A stretch of 58,310 bases of DNA, filler included, from Sphacelaria rigidula (taxonomy: Eukaryota), in assembly GCA_964200075.2 (NCBI GenBank). It is 7 parts of 7 records of this genome, joined end to end, with 100 filler letters (N's around TTAATTAATTAA, not from the genome) between each part and the next. Parts side by side here need not be neighbours in the genome. Positions count along the whole stretch, not along the records: positions 1 to 8,245 come from CAXNAA020011792.1; positions 8,346 to 16,590 come from CAXNAA020011793.1; 5 more parts are not named here. One strand, written 5' to 3'. The notes under the pieces were generated by a model, which was not told the DNA's origin, did no database searches, and saw nothing but the letters and a program-made list of their open reading frames with translations. The translations under genes and the position numbers were made by a program. This document shows, piece by piece, positions 1 through 10,557 of this stretch (positions are counted from its first letter, which is position 1; every line of letters begins with the position of its first letter).

Positions 1-1126
1 CTGCTGTGGGGGACAGAGGCAGAGCGAGTAGTACGCGAGAAGCCCAGGGGAGACATGGCGAGGAGGGGGGGGTGGAGGATGGGACTGATGAGGATGAACG
101 CGCCGGCATCATGGAGCACAATGAAGAGATTGGGGACCTCGGAAGGAGCAGTCGAGGGGGAGGTGGGGAGGTAGAGGGAGGAGGAGCGTCCACCGGTGAA
201 GGGGCAAGTAGAAGGGAGGGGCCCGCACTTGACGCGGACAAAGGAAGTGTAAATACAGGGGTGCGGAAGAGACCACACCCTGGCACGCAATACAGCCAGC
301 AAAACGCTAAAGTTCGGTTGACCGCTGCACACTTTCGGGCGCGTCGTGGGTAGAAGAAGTTACGGTAGCCCCCGTCATTGCTTGTTTTCAAGCAGGCACT
401 CCGTATGTATACTCCGTATGAGTACTTGATATTGTTCTTCTTCTATGTGGCAGTGGTGTGGTGGAGATGGTGTTGTTGAGGATGAGGAGGCCATCACGTT
501 TTAGGTGAAATGTGTACAGAAAAGAACATACTCCCCAACCAAGGATAAATCATGCCCATATATTGTGAGACGAAGCGACGGGCAGTGCTCCCTGGACAAA
601 CAAAAAAAAAAGAACGAAGCGAGGGGCGAAATGTCATACTACTACTACATGTATGCAGTAGATCGAGGCTTCGTACGTAAGAAAAAGCATCTGCGCTCAT
701 CATCGTTATTGTTGCTGTTGCTCGCAATTCACGCACACAGATGGGTGCTCGTCACGGCATCATCCTCGACGACACACCGGGCATCGTTCTCGACGGCACA
801 CCGGAAAAATATATCGCCGTGGTGCTCCCTTCAACTACAAAATCATTTCCGAGGGAAAATACTTTTGCACCTCCAGGATACAATTTCACGTGTCGTTCAT
901 CCTCAACAAAAAGCACCATCCTCAACATAGATGATTGGCTGTTACCAGCTGAGGACGTTGGGACATTCCATGTTGAAATATCAACGAGGATAATTTTGGT
1001 CACACGACCCAGCCATCCCTACAATGTAGATTGGAGGAACCTGAATGGGTGTGAAACTACTGGAACATTATCCCATCTCTTTCTTTTCTTGCCCCACGCC
1101 TCATCGTTCCTCCGTTTCGACACCAG

Positions 1127-2939
1127 GCTTACTGCAACAGCATTGGCTGCCCCGGTGGGTACATTCCCATTCAGAACGCGTGGGAGACGGAGTGTGACTA
1201 CGGGATCTGCACCGTCAAGCAGTGCTGCGACGCCTTCTGCTGGGGCTTCGCCTGCACCAACGGCATTCCCAATTACGAGACCATCAACGAGAAGTGCCCG
1301 GACGACGAGGGTTGCACGGCCGAGCTGTGTTGTACCACCCGTGAGTGTACACCTTAATTTGTTATTTGGTAGACTACCAGGATTTTGCAAATTGTGGATG
1401 GATATTTCATCGGGGATGAAAACCGGGAAAATTAAGATCTTCGTATCCACACCAAATCTCTGAAGTATGGTTCCATTTCTCCACTTGCTGGTGGCTATCG
1501 ACAACTCCTACACGCCATACAAATTTGCAATTTCATCAACGAAATGTTGGGGTCCGAGATAACCCAATATTTCGGTGATCAAAATCCAAGTTTTCTATGA
1601 CGTGTAGCAGTTCTCAGTAGCTATCAGTAGGTGAAGAAATGGCACTATATTTCGAAGATTTGGTGTGGATACGAGTGTTTGAATTCTCCGGATTTCTTGT
1701 CCCCAATAAAAGCTCCATCCCCAATTCGCACGATCCCGTGTTTGAAGAGGACTTGAGCAACGTGCAGCCTTGTACTGCCTGCCCTGTCCATGAGCGTGCA
1801 CGCAACTCGGTTGCCCACCGTACCACGCAGTTCCGTCGCTGATCCCTACTATGAGAGAAGATGCGCAAGTTTTCGCCGACGAAAATAAACAAAGCACACC
1901 CAACTACTGCAGTGCACCTACCCCTTGGCTCAACCCGTGCTCTATGCTTCAGGGTTGCGGTGGCAGCTGAGAATAAGTTGGATAGAGTTTGCACGGTCCT
2001 GTGAAGAGGTGTTGTCTGGCGTGCTGGTCTATACGATGGGAGTCGAGTGCCACTTCGTGCCTTCCGACCGCATGTTTTCGATCGAACACGTTTGTTTTTT
2101 ACCGTGAGCAATTCTTGGCCTCGCGCCGCTGATCATGATTTTGAGTTGAAGTATTCTAGGAACATAAATGCGGTGGACCTATCAGATCGGCAACAAAAAT
2201 CGACCGCACTCTTTCGATCGATAAAAAGTACCACGACGCGCCCTTAGCAATTATCCTCGTTCTTGAGGTAACTTTCCGACTGCTATTGTTGTAATGCGTG
2301 GGAGGACCGCGTGAGAGTTCTAAGGCCCCTACAGTTAGGGTCAGGGTTTGTGTTAGTGATAGGGGTTAGGAGCAGGAGCGCGATACCTGCAGGAACTGGC
2401 CCAAGTGGTCTTGAAATAGGTCGATCCTGGGGTGTTCACATTCCGATGCGGTTCAAAACGCACCCGGTCCTCCCCCGCATCACAACAATTTTCGGTTGCA
2501 CACAAACAACCATTATTTAATGTAGTCCTTTGCAGGCCATCGACATCACGTTTGTGCCGTTGTACTTCCTGCATCGGGACCAAGAGCAGAATAATACCAG
2601 TTTCATGTAACGAAAGTCAAAATGTATGCCTCGAACCTCTAATACCGTGCCCACCGTTTCACCCGCTACACTCCACACCTATCACCGCTCGATGTTTCCG
2701 TCAAATACATTGCAGCGGTCCTCACGTGCAGCTCCATCGGGTGCCCCAACGGCTACATCCCGATCCCAGACGCCCACAACACCCCGTGCGACGATGGAGA
2801 GTGCACCAGGGACCAGTGCTGTGACGCCTTCTGCTGGGGCCACGCATGCCCGAACGGATACATTCCCAACTACAAAACTGTTAACGACGAGTGCCCCCTT
2901 TCTGGCTGCACGGATGACCTGTGCTGCGTGCGAGGCTAA
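1127..2939 (+). CDS. Cysteine-rich repeat protein, last two exons (5' part not identified)
   Basis: Exon 1127-1340 (cag|GCT...C|gtgagt) reads AYCNSIGCPGGYIPIQNAWETECDYGICTVKQCCDAFCWGFACTNGIPNYETINEKCPDDEGCTAELCCTT. Exon 2716-2939 (tgcag|CG...TAA) reads PVLTCSSIGCPNGYIPIPDAHNTPCDDGECTRDQCCDAFCWGHACPNGYIPNYKTVNDECPLSGCTDDLCCVRG*. Phases are compatible and the two exons are paralogous. This frame is absent from the ORF track. Confidence 0.8.
1378..1738 (+). repeat. Long imperfect inverted repeat (foldback) inside intron; candidate hairpin RNA
   Basis: Arms ~1378-1551 and ~1563-1738 with ~11-nt loop. Perfect 19-bp stem 1441-1459/1656-1674. Confidence 0.9.
2290..2484 (-). mobile_element. MITE with internal telomere-like repeats (copy 1)
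   Basis: TIR tgtaatgcgtgggaggaccgcgtg / cacccggtcctcccccgcatcaca and degenerate TTAGGG array. Homologous to 8487-8722 in opposite orientation. Confidence 0.8.
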
Positions 2940-4410
2940 GACAAGGGTGCATATCGATTAGCACTATTGAGAAAACTCGAAGAGGGTGGAGTATGCCTGG
3001 TGCTTCTGTCAGTACCTATAACAGGGTGAGGTCATTCATCTCGCCTTTCTTCGTTCTCGAGATATTCATTTGGTCTCAATTCTCGTACTATTGATTGTAC
3101 TATTGTTGCTGTCTTTACATTAAAACTGTTCGTTACATATTCTGGACGACAAATTCCTGATGCGCCATTTTTGTGATTATGCGGCGTGGGAGGTCCGCAC
3201 TTGAGGTGGTGAACCCATTGCCATCGCGTTCTGGTTGTAGACATGGAAGTAGATATTGTGTATGGTACCTGGAACGCGTGGCGAACGGACGCCGGGATGC
3301 TGCACCTAGTGTAGGCAACTGTATGCTCTAGACATGATTCTTGTGTGCCATTTTGACATTTTGATTATATACGAGGAGTGAAATGTACCGAGTTGCAGCT
3401 GTGCGCAAAACGTTCCTAACCAGATTCACAACTAGTGTCATGGAGTATGGACAGTAGTATGGCAGGTGTCTTTTTGCTTTGATATTCGTGCTTGACGGCG
3501 CTTCCCACATGCCTGCCGCGCAGTTTGTTGCATGCCTGCCGCGCAGTATTGTTGGATATAGAAGGCCGTGATGTAGGATTCGTTGGGCTTGTGTGAAATG
3601 TCCGGTAGACAGTATCTCCTCCAGGCGTGTAGACAATAGAAAGTCAGGGTTGGTATATGCAAGCGGTGTGCGAGATTAAGGGTGTGTGTACCCGTGTGGG
3701 CACGCCGTCTCACACAATTTGAACCACGCTGTTTGGCGAAGTAACATCGTTCAAACGCTATTACATGGCAGTGTTCACACTAGCCACTGTGTAGATTTGC
3801 CACTACAGGTGGTATGGGTTGCTGTTATACCGCGTAGTGGATCAGACACGAAAAGTAAGTAATCTCAGCTAGACAAGAGTGAGAGGTAACGAGGGGACGC
3901 AGTTAGAAATGTTTGGGTTAGAGTTATTATGATGGTAGTAGTAACAATATCCGTACACCCGATTGCAAGGAACATTTTTCATTCGATCAAAGCAGCAACG
4001 AAGCACGTCGACATCGCTTGCGCATGCTACTCGAAGCCATCTCTGGTTGAGTACGCAGGATAATATGTTTAAGGTACATTTCATCTTGGTGAATAAAACG
4101 TCAACATTATTATTATGATCATCCTATCCTATCCTATTTATTAATAGCGTAATGTCACCAGCTCCAACACCGCAAACTAGTACGAGGGTGTCCGGATTAC
4201 CCATACTGTAGCCAAGATACAAATGATCCTTCTCGAAACAATAATTCGTACCAGACTCAGACGGAAGAGAAGAAACTTGTCACTCTTCTCTACCGTCCTG
4301 AACAACCAGACCGGGGAATGCTCCGCGGTAAACGGTCAAATAGTATCTATACCCATAGAATTTGAAAACCGGGTAGTCTGGACACTACAGATACGACACA
4401 CTGCACCCGT

Positions 4411-4877
4411 GCACAGCAATTTAGTGCTTTTTGTCAGCATCGCAAAACACTGTGCTGTCACCTAAGGTGGGCACCCATCGCCCAACAACGGGGGGTCCGA
4501 CGCACGTGGGCTGCTAGAACGCAGTAGAACGCCCTGCTATGTACGCTGGTGACTGGTGGAAAAACCGTAGGGCGCTGCTGTCGAACGCTTTCTCATCTTA
4601 CTGCCTGGTGGTTGTTCCCGCCTTGGGTTTGAAAGTGATTAGTATATTGTGTTCTGAGCGCCGGACGTTCCCTCGAAAGGAGGTCGCTTTCCCTCTCAGA
4701 TTTGAAGCGTAGTGCACAGCCCCCAGGAACAGTGTTTACCTTGCACAGCCCTCAGGGACAGAAATGCACAGTAATTCAGTGCTTTTTTGTCAGCATAACA
4801 AAGCACAGTACAGCTAACCCGGACACCCATCGGTCGATAACGGGGGGTTCGACGTACGTGCGCTGCTAGAACGTAGT
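4411..4877 (+). repeat. Diverged ~115-bp direct repeat pair (4411-4527 and 4766-4877)
   Basis: gcacagcaatttagtgctttttgtcagcat...cacccatcg...acggggggt..gacg..cgtg..ctgctagaacg present twice. Confidence 0.8.
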
Positions 4878-6357
4878 GTGATGTGTGCTCTCCGCCGTTA
4901 TCTATTTACCCAACTGCGCTGTGTACGAGTAAGGTGGAATGTTGAGCTCTATACTTTCTTATGGATATGTTCCTCTGTACACTGTACTGTATGTAGTACC
5001 TACCACTTCCGAACCAAAATATCCGCCCATGCAAATAAGACAGTCTACGACTCCATCTTCAGTAGATTTTGTTGCACAAACACGGCTAGCCCTCATCCAC
5101 CACCTCACGGATTGTCGAAAGAAAGAGCACTGCGTAGAGACTAGCAAGACCTTCACCCACCTTGCCCGGAGGTTCTCAGTTTGCCTTGGTTGGGGTGAGG
5201 GTGAGGGTTATGGTTCTGTCATGGCTCGATACTCACCACCTAGGTGGGAAGGTGCCAGTTCAGTGGGCACCAGGGCTAGCGGGCCCAAACACAATCATTA
5301 GTATCGAAGCCATTGAGTTCGACGTTACCAAGTGAAAAGTCAGGCACCGCACCAGTGGTCAGGTGGTATGCCATGAGCCGCGCAGGCTGCAAGACAACAT
5401 GTGTTGCATGAAGGTCAGGCTTACATTTGTGAAGATCAAAGACTCCTCTGAGATAGCAGTCCGTGATAGTGTTGATGCTTCTTGTATTGTTGGCGACCGG
5501 CTGGTAGCTGCTAATCGCGCGTTGAGATAAGTTTCCAAAAGACTGTGGCCGAGTTGGGGAACACTGTCGAAATCAGTCAGACTCAGAATGGCCCATGACC
5601 TGTCGGGCTAGACAACGCAAGAGTATAACACATGGAATCTACTCGACTGGACCGTACCCGATAAATCCGGAACATCCCCCCAGCCTTTTAATAAGCCTAA
5701 GCGAAAGAAATGTGGGAAACGAAGCTTGTGCATCAACACCTGAAATAAGGAAACGAGAAAAACCTGCCACTACTTATGTTGCAGGGGAAAACTCGGTATC
5801 TAAAAGATAGGTAAACCCCCTCAAACGGGGGAAACCCTATCCGTTAGGAAAGGAAAAAAAACTCTATCGCCCTCTCCAATCGACAGAAACCGCAGACAAG
5901 TGCGATCGCTGTCGTTTTCCCGGGATCTCAGTTAGACTGGAGAACGGTTAGCTAATTAGCTTCATCGCGCGTCGACACCCTAGATCAGTTACACTGAAAT
6001 CCGGGGCAGTGCGGGGCTTTAACCACATCCAACTCAGGTTGGATTCGCTAAAAACAAGCTTTCCACGAACTTATCAATAGTTACAGGAGTGCAGCTTTTG
6101 GGAAGTGCTTTCTTGTAACTACTGATGTTTATGCTACGAAAAATAGAGCCCATGCGCTTTGGCTCATAAATGTAGTTGCATGTTACAAAATGGGAACCAG
6201 ACAAGGCCAAGGAACGACAAAAAAAAGAGAAACAAAAACAGGCACGCTCGCAATTCACGACTGAAGAGTACGGTACCAACAACTCTTCTTGCTTATTCTA
6301 CAACCCCCTTCCCTGTGCAATGATATCCTGTAACCTTTCATATACCAACTATTCCTA

Positions 6358-8040
6358 GACATTGCCACTCCAGTCTGAAGTCGGGGTCCTTTTTCCCGCG
6401 TTAAGCGGTATAGTTCTTGGCGGGATAGCTCCTCCCAGTCTCCGTCTTCGTATCTTACTCGCCAAAAGCGACTCCCGTAGTCATACACCTGACCCTTGAC
6501 CTTGAGACCTCGAAAGTATTTCCAGAAAGTAACACCTATTGGGAAAAGCTTGAAGGCGTCACTGCGCGACAGGGGAGCGGGGCGCTTCTTGGAGTACGGG
6601 GGCGGATTGAGTGCAACTGCGGGGTTGTACAGGTGCCAAAGTGCGTGGAAAGCGTCTAGGTCCCAAAGGGGAAAAGCTGTTTCGGAGCTGGCTCTCTGGC
6701 AACCGGTCTGACACCTTCCCCTCCAACGACCTGGCCTTGTATTCCCATTGTTTCGTGCCGGTCATGGAGTAGATCTCTCGGCGGTCCACTAAAGTAACGA
6801 ACTCGTGAGTTTGGGGAAGAGCGGTGTTGGATTTGCACTCTGAACCCCATACGTATTGAGCGAACTCGTCGGCTATCGAATGCCTGAGATGCGGTGGACG
6901 AACATGGAAGGGTTTCACGTCAGAGACTGCTACTCTACGTGTACGACGTTTGCGCCCCTGCATGACTACCTCTACACTGAGGCCGGTCATCAGCACTTCC
7001 TTCAATCTCCAGGGCCCCGTGTACCTTTCGTGTTGCAGTTTTCTACCCTTACTGTTCCGATGTATCGTGCTGTCTGATTCGCGTACCATGACCAGATCCC
7101 CTTCTCTCGCTGCCACTCCGGGAGAAGGTCTCAAGATTGAGGCGTTCATCTTCGCACGAGTCTATGCTTTCGCGGCGTGTCTTTTGTCGAAAGCTAGACG
7201 TACCTCCTTGAGGTTTTGTCTACGTTGCTCCACGAAGGCATCCAGACCGTTACTTGATTCCTTCTCCTGGTTCAGGGGAATGAGCGAATCTAGAGACGTG
7301 CGGGGTTCACGACCGAACAGAAGCTCAAACGGGGACATGTCTGAGGGTAGGGAAACGTCTGGCAAGATACGCTTGATCCAGAGCGCTGGGGAGACATACT
7401 CGTCCCATCTTTGGGGCCACGACCTACACAGCTCTGCCAGCATGTCTAGTAGCCATCCCCTCAGCCTCTCGACTGTTCCTTGGCCTCTGGGGTGATCAGA
7501 GGGCCCAAAAGAGTGATGCTGCGATAGGGTCAGCACTTTTACGGCCTGAGAGTAGAATTGTTGGGAACCCTTTATCTCATCCAATACACGACTTTCGAAA
7601 TAGGTGAGAGTACGCCAGGGTTTTCCTTCCAATTTGCTAGGGATATCCCGAATGAATTTTCAAACGGGGATATCCTGACCCATATTCGTTTGTAGTTTCT
7701 AATTTTAGGAACCCCTGAATCAGGCCGGTTTTGGCCCCAAAAGTGCAGACCCTATCGCAGCATCACTCAAAAGCAATGTCTGCTTTCAGCCACCTGCACA
7801 GGTGTGTCACCACCTCAGCTCTAAATTCCTTTCCTCCATCACTGCAAATTTTGCGGGGGACGCCGAATGTCAAGCAGAGTTCAGCAAGGATGCGAGCTAC
7901 ACTTTCAGCCTGCTTCGTTTGAAGTGGGAAGCCGAAGGGAAACTTGGAGGCTCGGTCTACGATAAAAAAATGTACTTGTTGTTCGTCAGCGATGCAGTGT
8001 CTATGCTCAGCAGGTCCATCTCCAACTCTTCCCATGGTTC
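6358..8040 (-). mobile_element. Gypsy/Ty3-type integrase region, decayed (rve core, GPW motif, chromo-like and Tudor-like C-terminus)
   Basis: EPWEELEMDL..., IVDRASKFPF, FGVPRKICSDGGKEF, HPRGQGTVERL, SPFELLFGREPR, RYTGPWRL, WRVRYEDGDWEEL. Contains frameshifts, a stop and an insertion at 7512-7767. Confidence 0.88.
7512..7767. mobile_element. Non-autonomous TIR element inserted in integrase
   Basis: 29-bp TIR agtgatgctgcgatagggtcagcactttt / aaaagtgcagaccctatcgcagcatcact (1 mismatch), flanked by CAAAAG at 7506-7511 and 7768-7773. Removal restores ...DIAFGPSDHPRGQG... Confidence 0.93.
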
Positions 8041-8245
8041 TACGTCTCGTCCCGGTGTCATTGCAATTTTACACACCTCGGATAAAGTAGTACCTAGCAA
8101 TTTGTGTTAAGTTACTCTCAAGTCAGACCCTAGCTATAACATGTGTTACTGGTGTTATACGATACATCAGTGGTTAACATAACATGCGTTACCTGTGCTA
8201 CCAAAAGTGCAACAGATTAATACAACATATGTTAGTTGTGTTCAC

Positions 8246-8345
8246 NNNNNNNNNNNNNNNNNNNNNNNNNNNNNNNNNNNNNNNNNNNNTTAATTAATTA
8301 ANNNNNNNNNNNNNNNNNNNNNNNNNNNNNNNNNNNNNNNNNNNN
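8246..8345. other. Artificial contig-joining spacer
   Basis: 44 N + TTAATTAATTAA (stops in all six frames) + 44 N. Confidence 0.98.
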
Positions 8346-8486
8346 GGAAGGATGTCTGACACACTTATGAGCCTCTTTTTTCTTTCAACTAAATACCCCC
8401 CCCCCTATCGTAGGGTGACTCTAAAGAATAGAATTCTCAACAGCTTTTGCTGAATACGGATCTCAAACACTGATTACGAGTATATG

Positions 8487-8722
8487 TGTAATGCGTGAGA
8501 GGACCGCCTGCTTAGAAGACCGCGCCGTAGTTCAAAATACCGCAGGATTGACGTTTTTCAAAACCACTCAGGTGAGTCCCTGCAGGTACCACGCCCCTGA
8601 CACTAACCCCAACACTACACCTTAACCCTAACCCCAACACTAACCTTAACCCTAACCCTGATCATAGGGGTGTTCAAATTCCGATGCGGTTCTCTAAGCA
8701 CGCGGTCCTCTAACGCATTACA
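8487..8722 (+). mobile_element. MITE with internal telomere-like repeats (copy 2)
   Basis: TIR tgtaatgcgtgagaggaccgcctgcttaga / tctaagcacgcggtcctctaacgcattaca and degenerate CCCTAA array at ~8600-8660. Confidence 0.85.
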
Positions 8723-10303
8723 GTATGTCCACACGCCTGAGCTAAGATACGACGCTTTGGCTTCAGGCGTGAATGCTGGAGGGGCGGCGTATACCTCGCT
8801 CATCAATCCACATAGTTCATGAAAACCCCGTGGTCCAGTGTCTACTAAAAAGACAAACCGATTGACGTTTAAAAAAAATCACTCAATCCGACCATGCTTT
8901 TGTTTATGGAAGTTTTTGCTTGATATTAATTAGAAGCACAAAAAAATCCCAATGCCAGCAACAAACAAGGTAGTCCATTGGATACCTCATCGTTCTCCCG
9001 AGTACAGAAGCGTGAGTTCAACACCTACCACTGCCATTTCACGACCGCCTACTCCGCCAGTATTATGCCCATGGTGTATGGTGGAGTATATTTTATGTGC
9101 GCTGTAAACACTGTACAGCATATTAACAAAAATGAACAGTACTCAGGATGATGAAACATTGTGAAGCGTACTGTGCGGCGCGAAACAAACTCTACATCCA
9201 AATCCCCGCGACAAACACTGCACAGTTTTCCTGAAATCCTGTAAAGCTTCCTGTATGGCACAGAAAAACACCCTACATCCCCGCGAAAAACACTGCACAG
9301 TTTCCCTGAACCCTGTAGACGTGCCCCACAGGGTGCTATCTGTCCACGTGTGCACCGGCCGCACACATCATAACTCCTCCAACTCCTTGCGCCAGCACTG
9401 CGATTGTTGCTCCGATCGTAGAACATCGAATACTCCGTATCACCACAACTATCACGATAACCCGTCACGCAGATATGGTCATGGTCGGGATAGGGGTCAC
9501 GAGCACTTCAACTCCGGCCATGACCAGCATCAATCAAGGTATTGGGGGTATGACGAAGATAGGGGTAGCAGTTATTCCTCTACATCATCACCACCGCGTC
9601 GATACCGCGAATCGAACCGACGATCTCACCGCGCACCGCATCACGGGGGATATCAACCCGCTCGTGATTGGTCTTCAATCGACACACATCCCCATGCCAA
9701 CCCACCACACAACAGTATGAGGGCTTTACCGACAGAGGTAGCGGCGCCTACAGTGACGCAAATGCTTTCGATGGCAATGGATACGCCCACTACGCACAGT
9801 ATCCACCCTCGACACAACATCAGCCACTGCAGCCCCCGCACGAATCTAATCATCCACAACATCACTATCCAAAACACACATACCAACCTTCACTCAACTA
9901 CCATCCTACACAACATCAGCCACTAGCCTACCATTACTACAACCCACAACAGCAACACCACCGAGCCGCAGCCCTCCCACTACTTCAGCACGTCCTGCCG
10001 ATGAGTCGCAACAGCCGCAGCAACTACAGCTATGCATAGCGCGTTCCGTGCCGCAAGGCGAGACTAGTTTCGACTTGGTGGTATGGATTTGCGTGGGTAT
10101 GCCCTGTTACATATGCTGAATCTATCGAGTAGGGGTGATGGTAGAAAGAAGTGGATCGTAGACACTGGTGCTTCCAATCATGTTACCGGAAACACGCAAA
10201 ATGTTTTCGATTTACGACCCCCTCCTCAAGGTATCGAGAACGTAATCAAGGGTTACGGAACCACATTTCCGGTCAAAGCAGTAGGGAGTCTGACATTGAG
10301 ATC

Positions 10304-10557
10304 TGTGACGCCAGTCAGTTGAAGCTCTGTTGGATCACTGCTGTTGAGGGACTCCCCAGTCTTACTGGCCTCAATTTCAGTTGTCAGCCTTTACAACATT
10401 TTCATTCTCCAGGAGTGACCTTCCAGGGCACCAGCTAGACCTGCAGATACCATATCGTGTCCACGGTCATTATCCAGAACCCTCCAGAGTCTCCGTGCCC
10501 TTAGTCGTTATCTATATCATCACTACCAACTCAACGTAAGGGCGTCTTTTCGTCACA
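10304..10557 (-). repeat. 3' LTR (254 bp)
   Basis: TGTGAC...GTCACA termini. By manual alignment, 11 substitutions and 1 indel versus 13483-13737. Confidence 0.95.

Noticed and set aside
6..353. Gly/Glu-rich ORF as a terminal exon
   Set aside because: Low-complexity, no recognisable motif and truncated by the window start, so it cannot be supported.
741..1463. 240-aa ORF as a real protein
   Set aside because: It overlaps the Cys-rich exon in a different frame and runs through a dispersed repeat and intron sequence.
5219..5316. Tiny inverted-repeat element (tcatggctcgatact / agtatcgaagccattga)
   Set aside because: Short, gapped match with no TSD or second copy, too weak to call.
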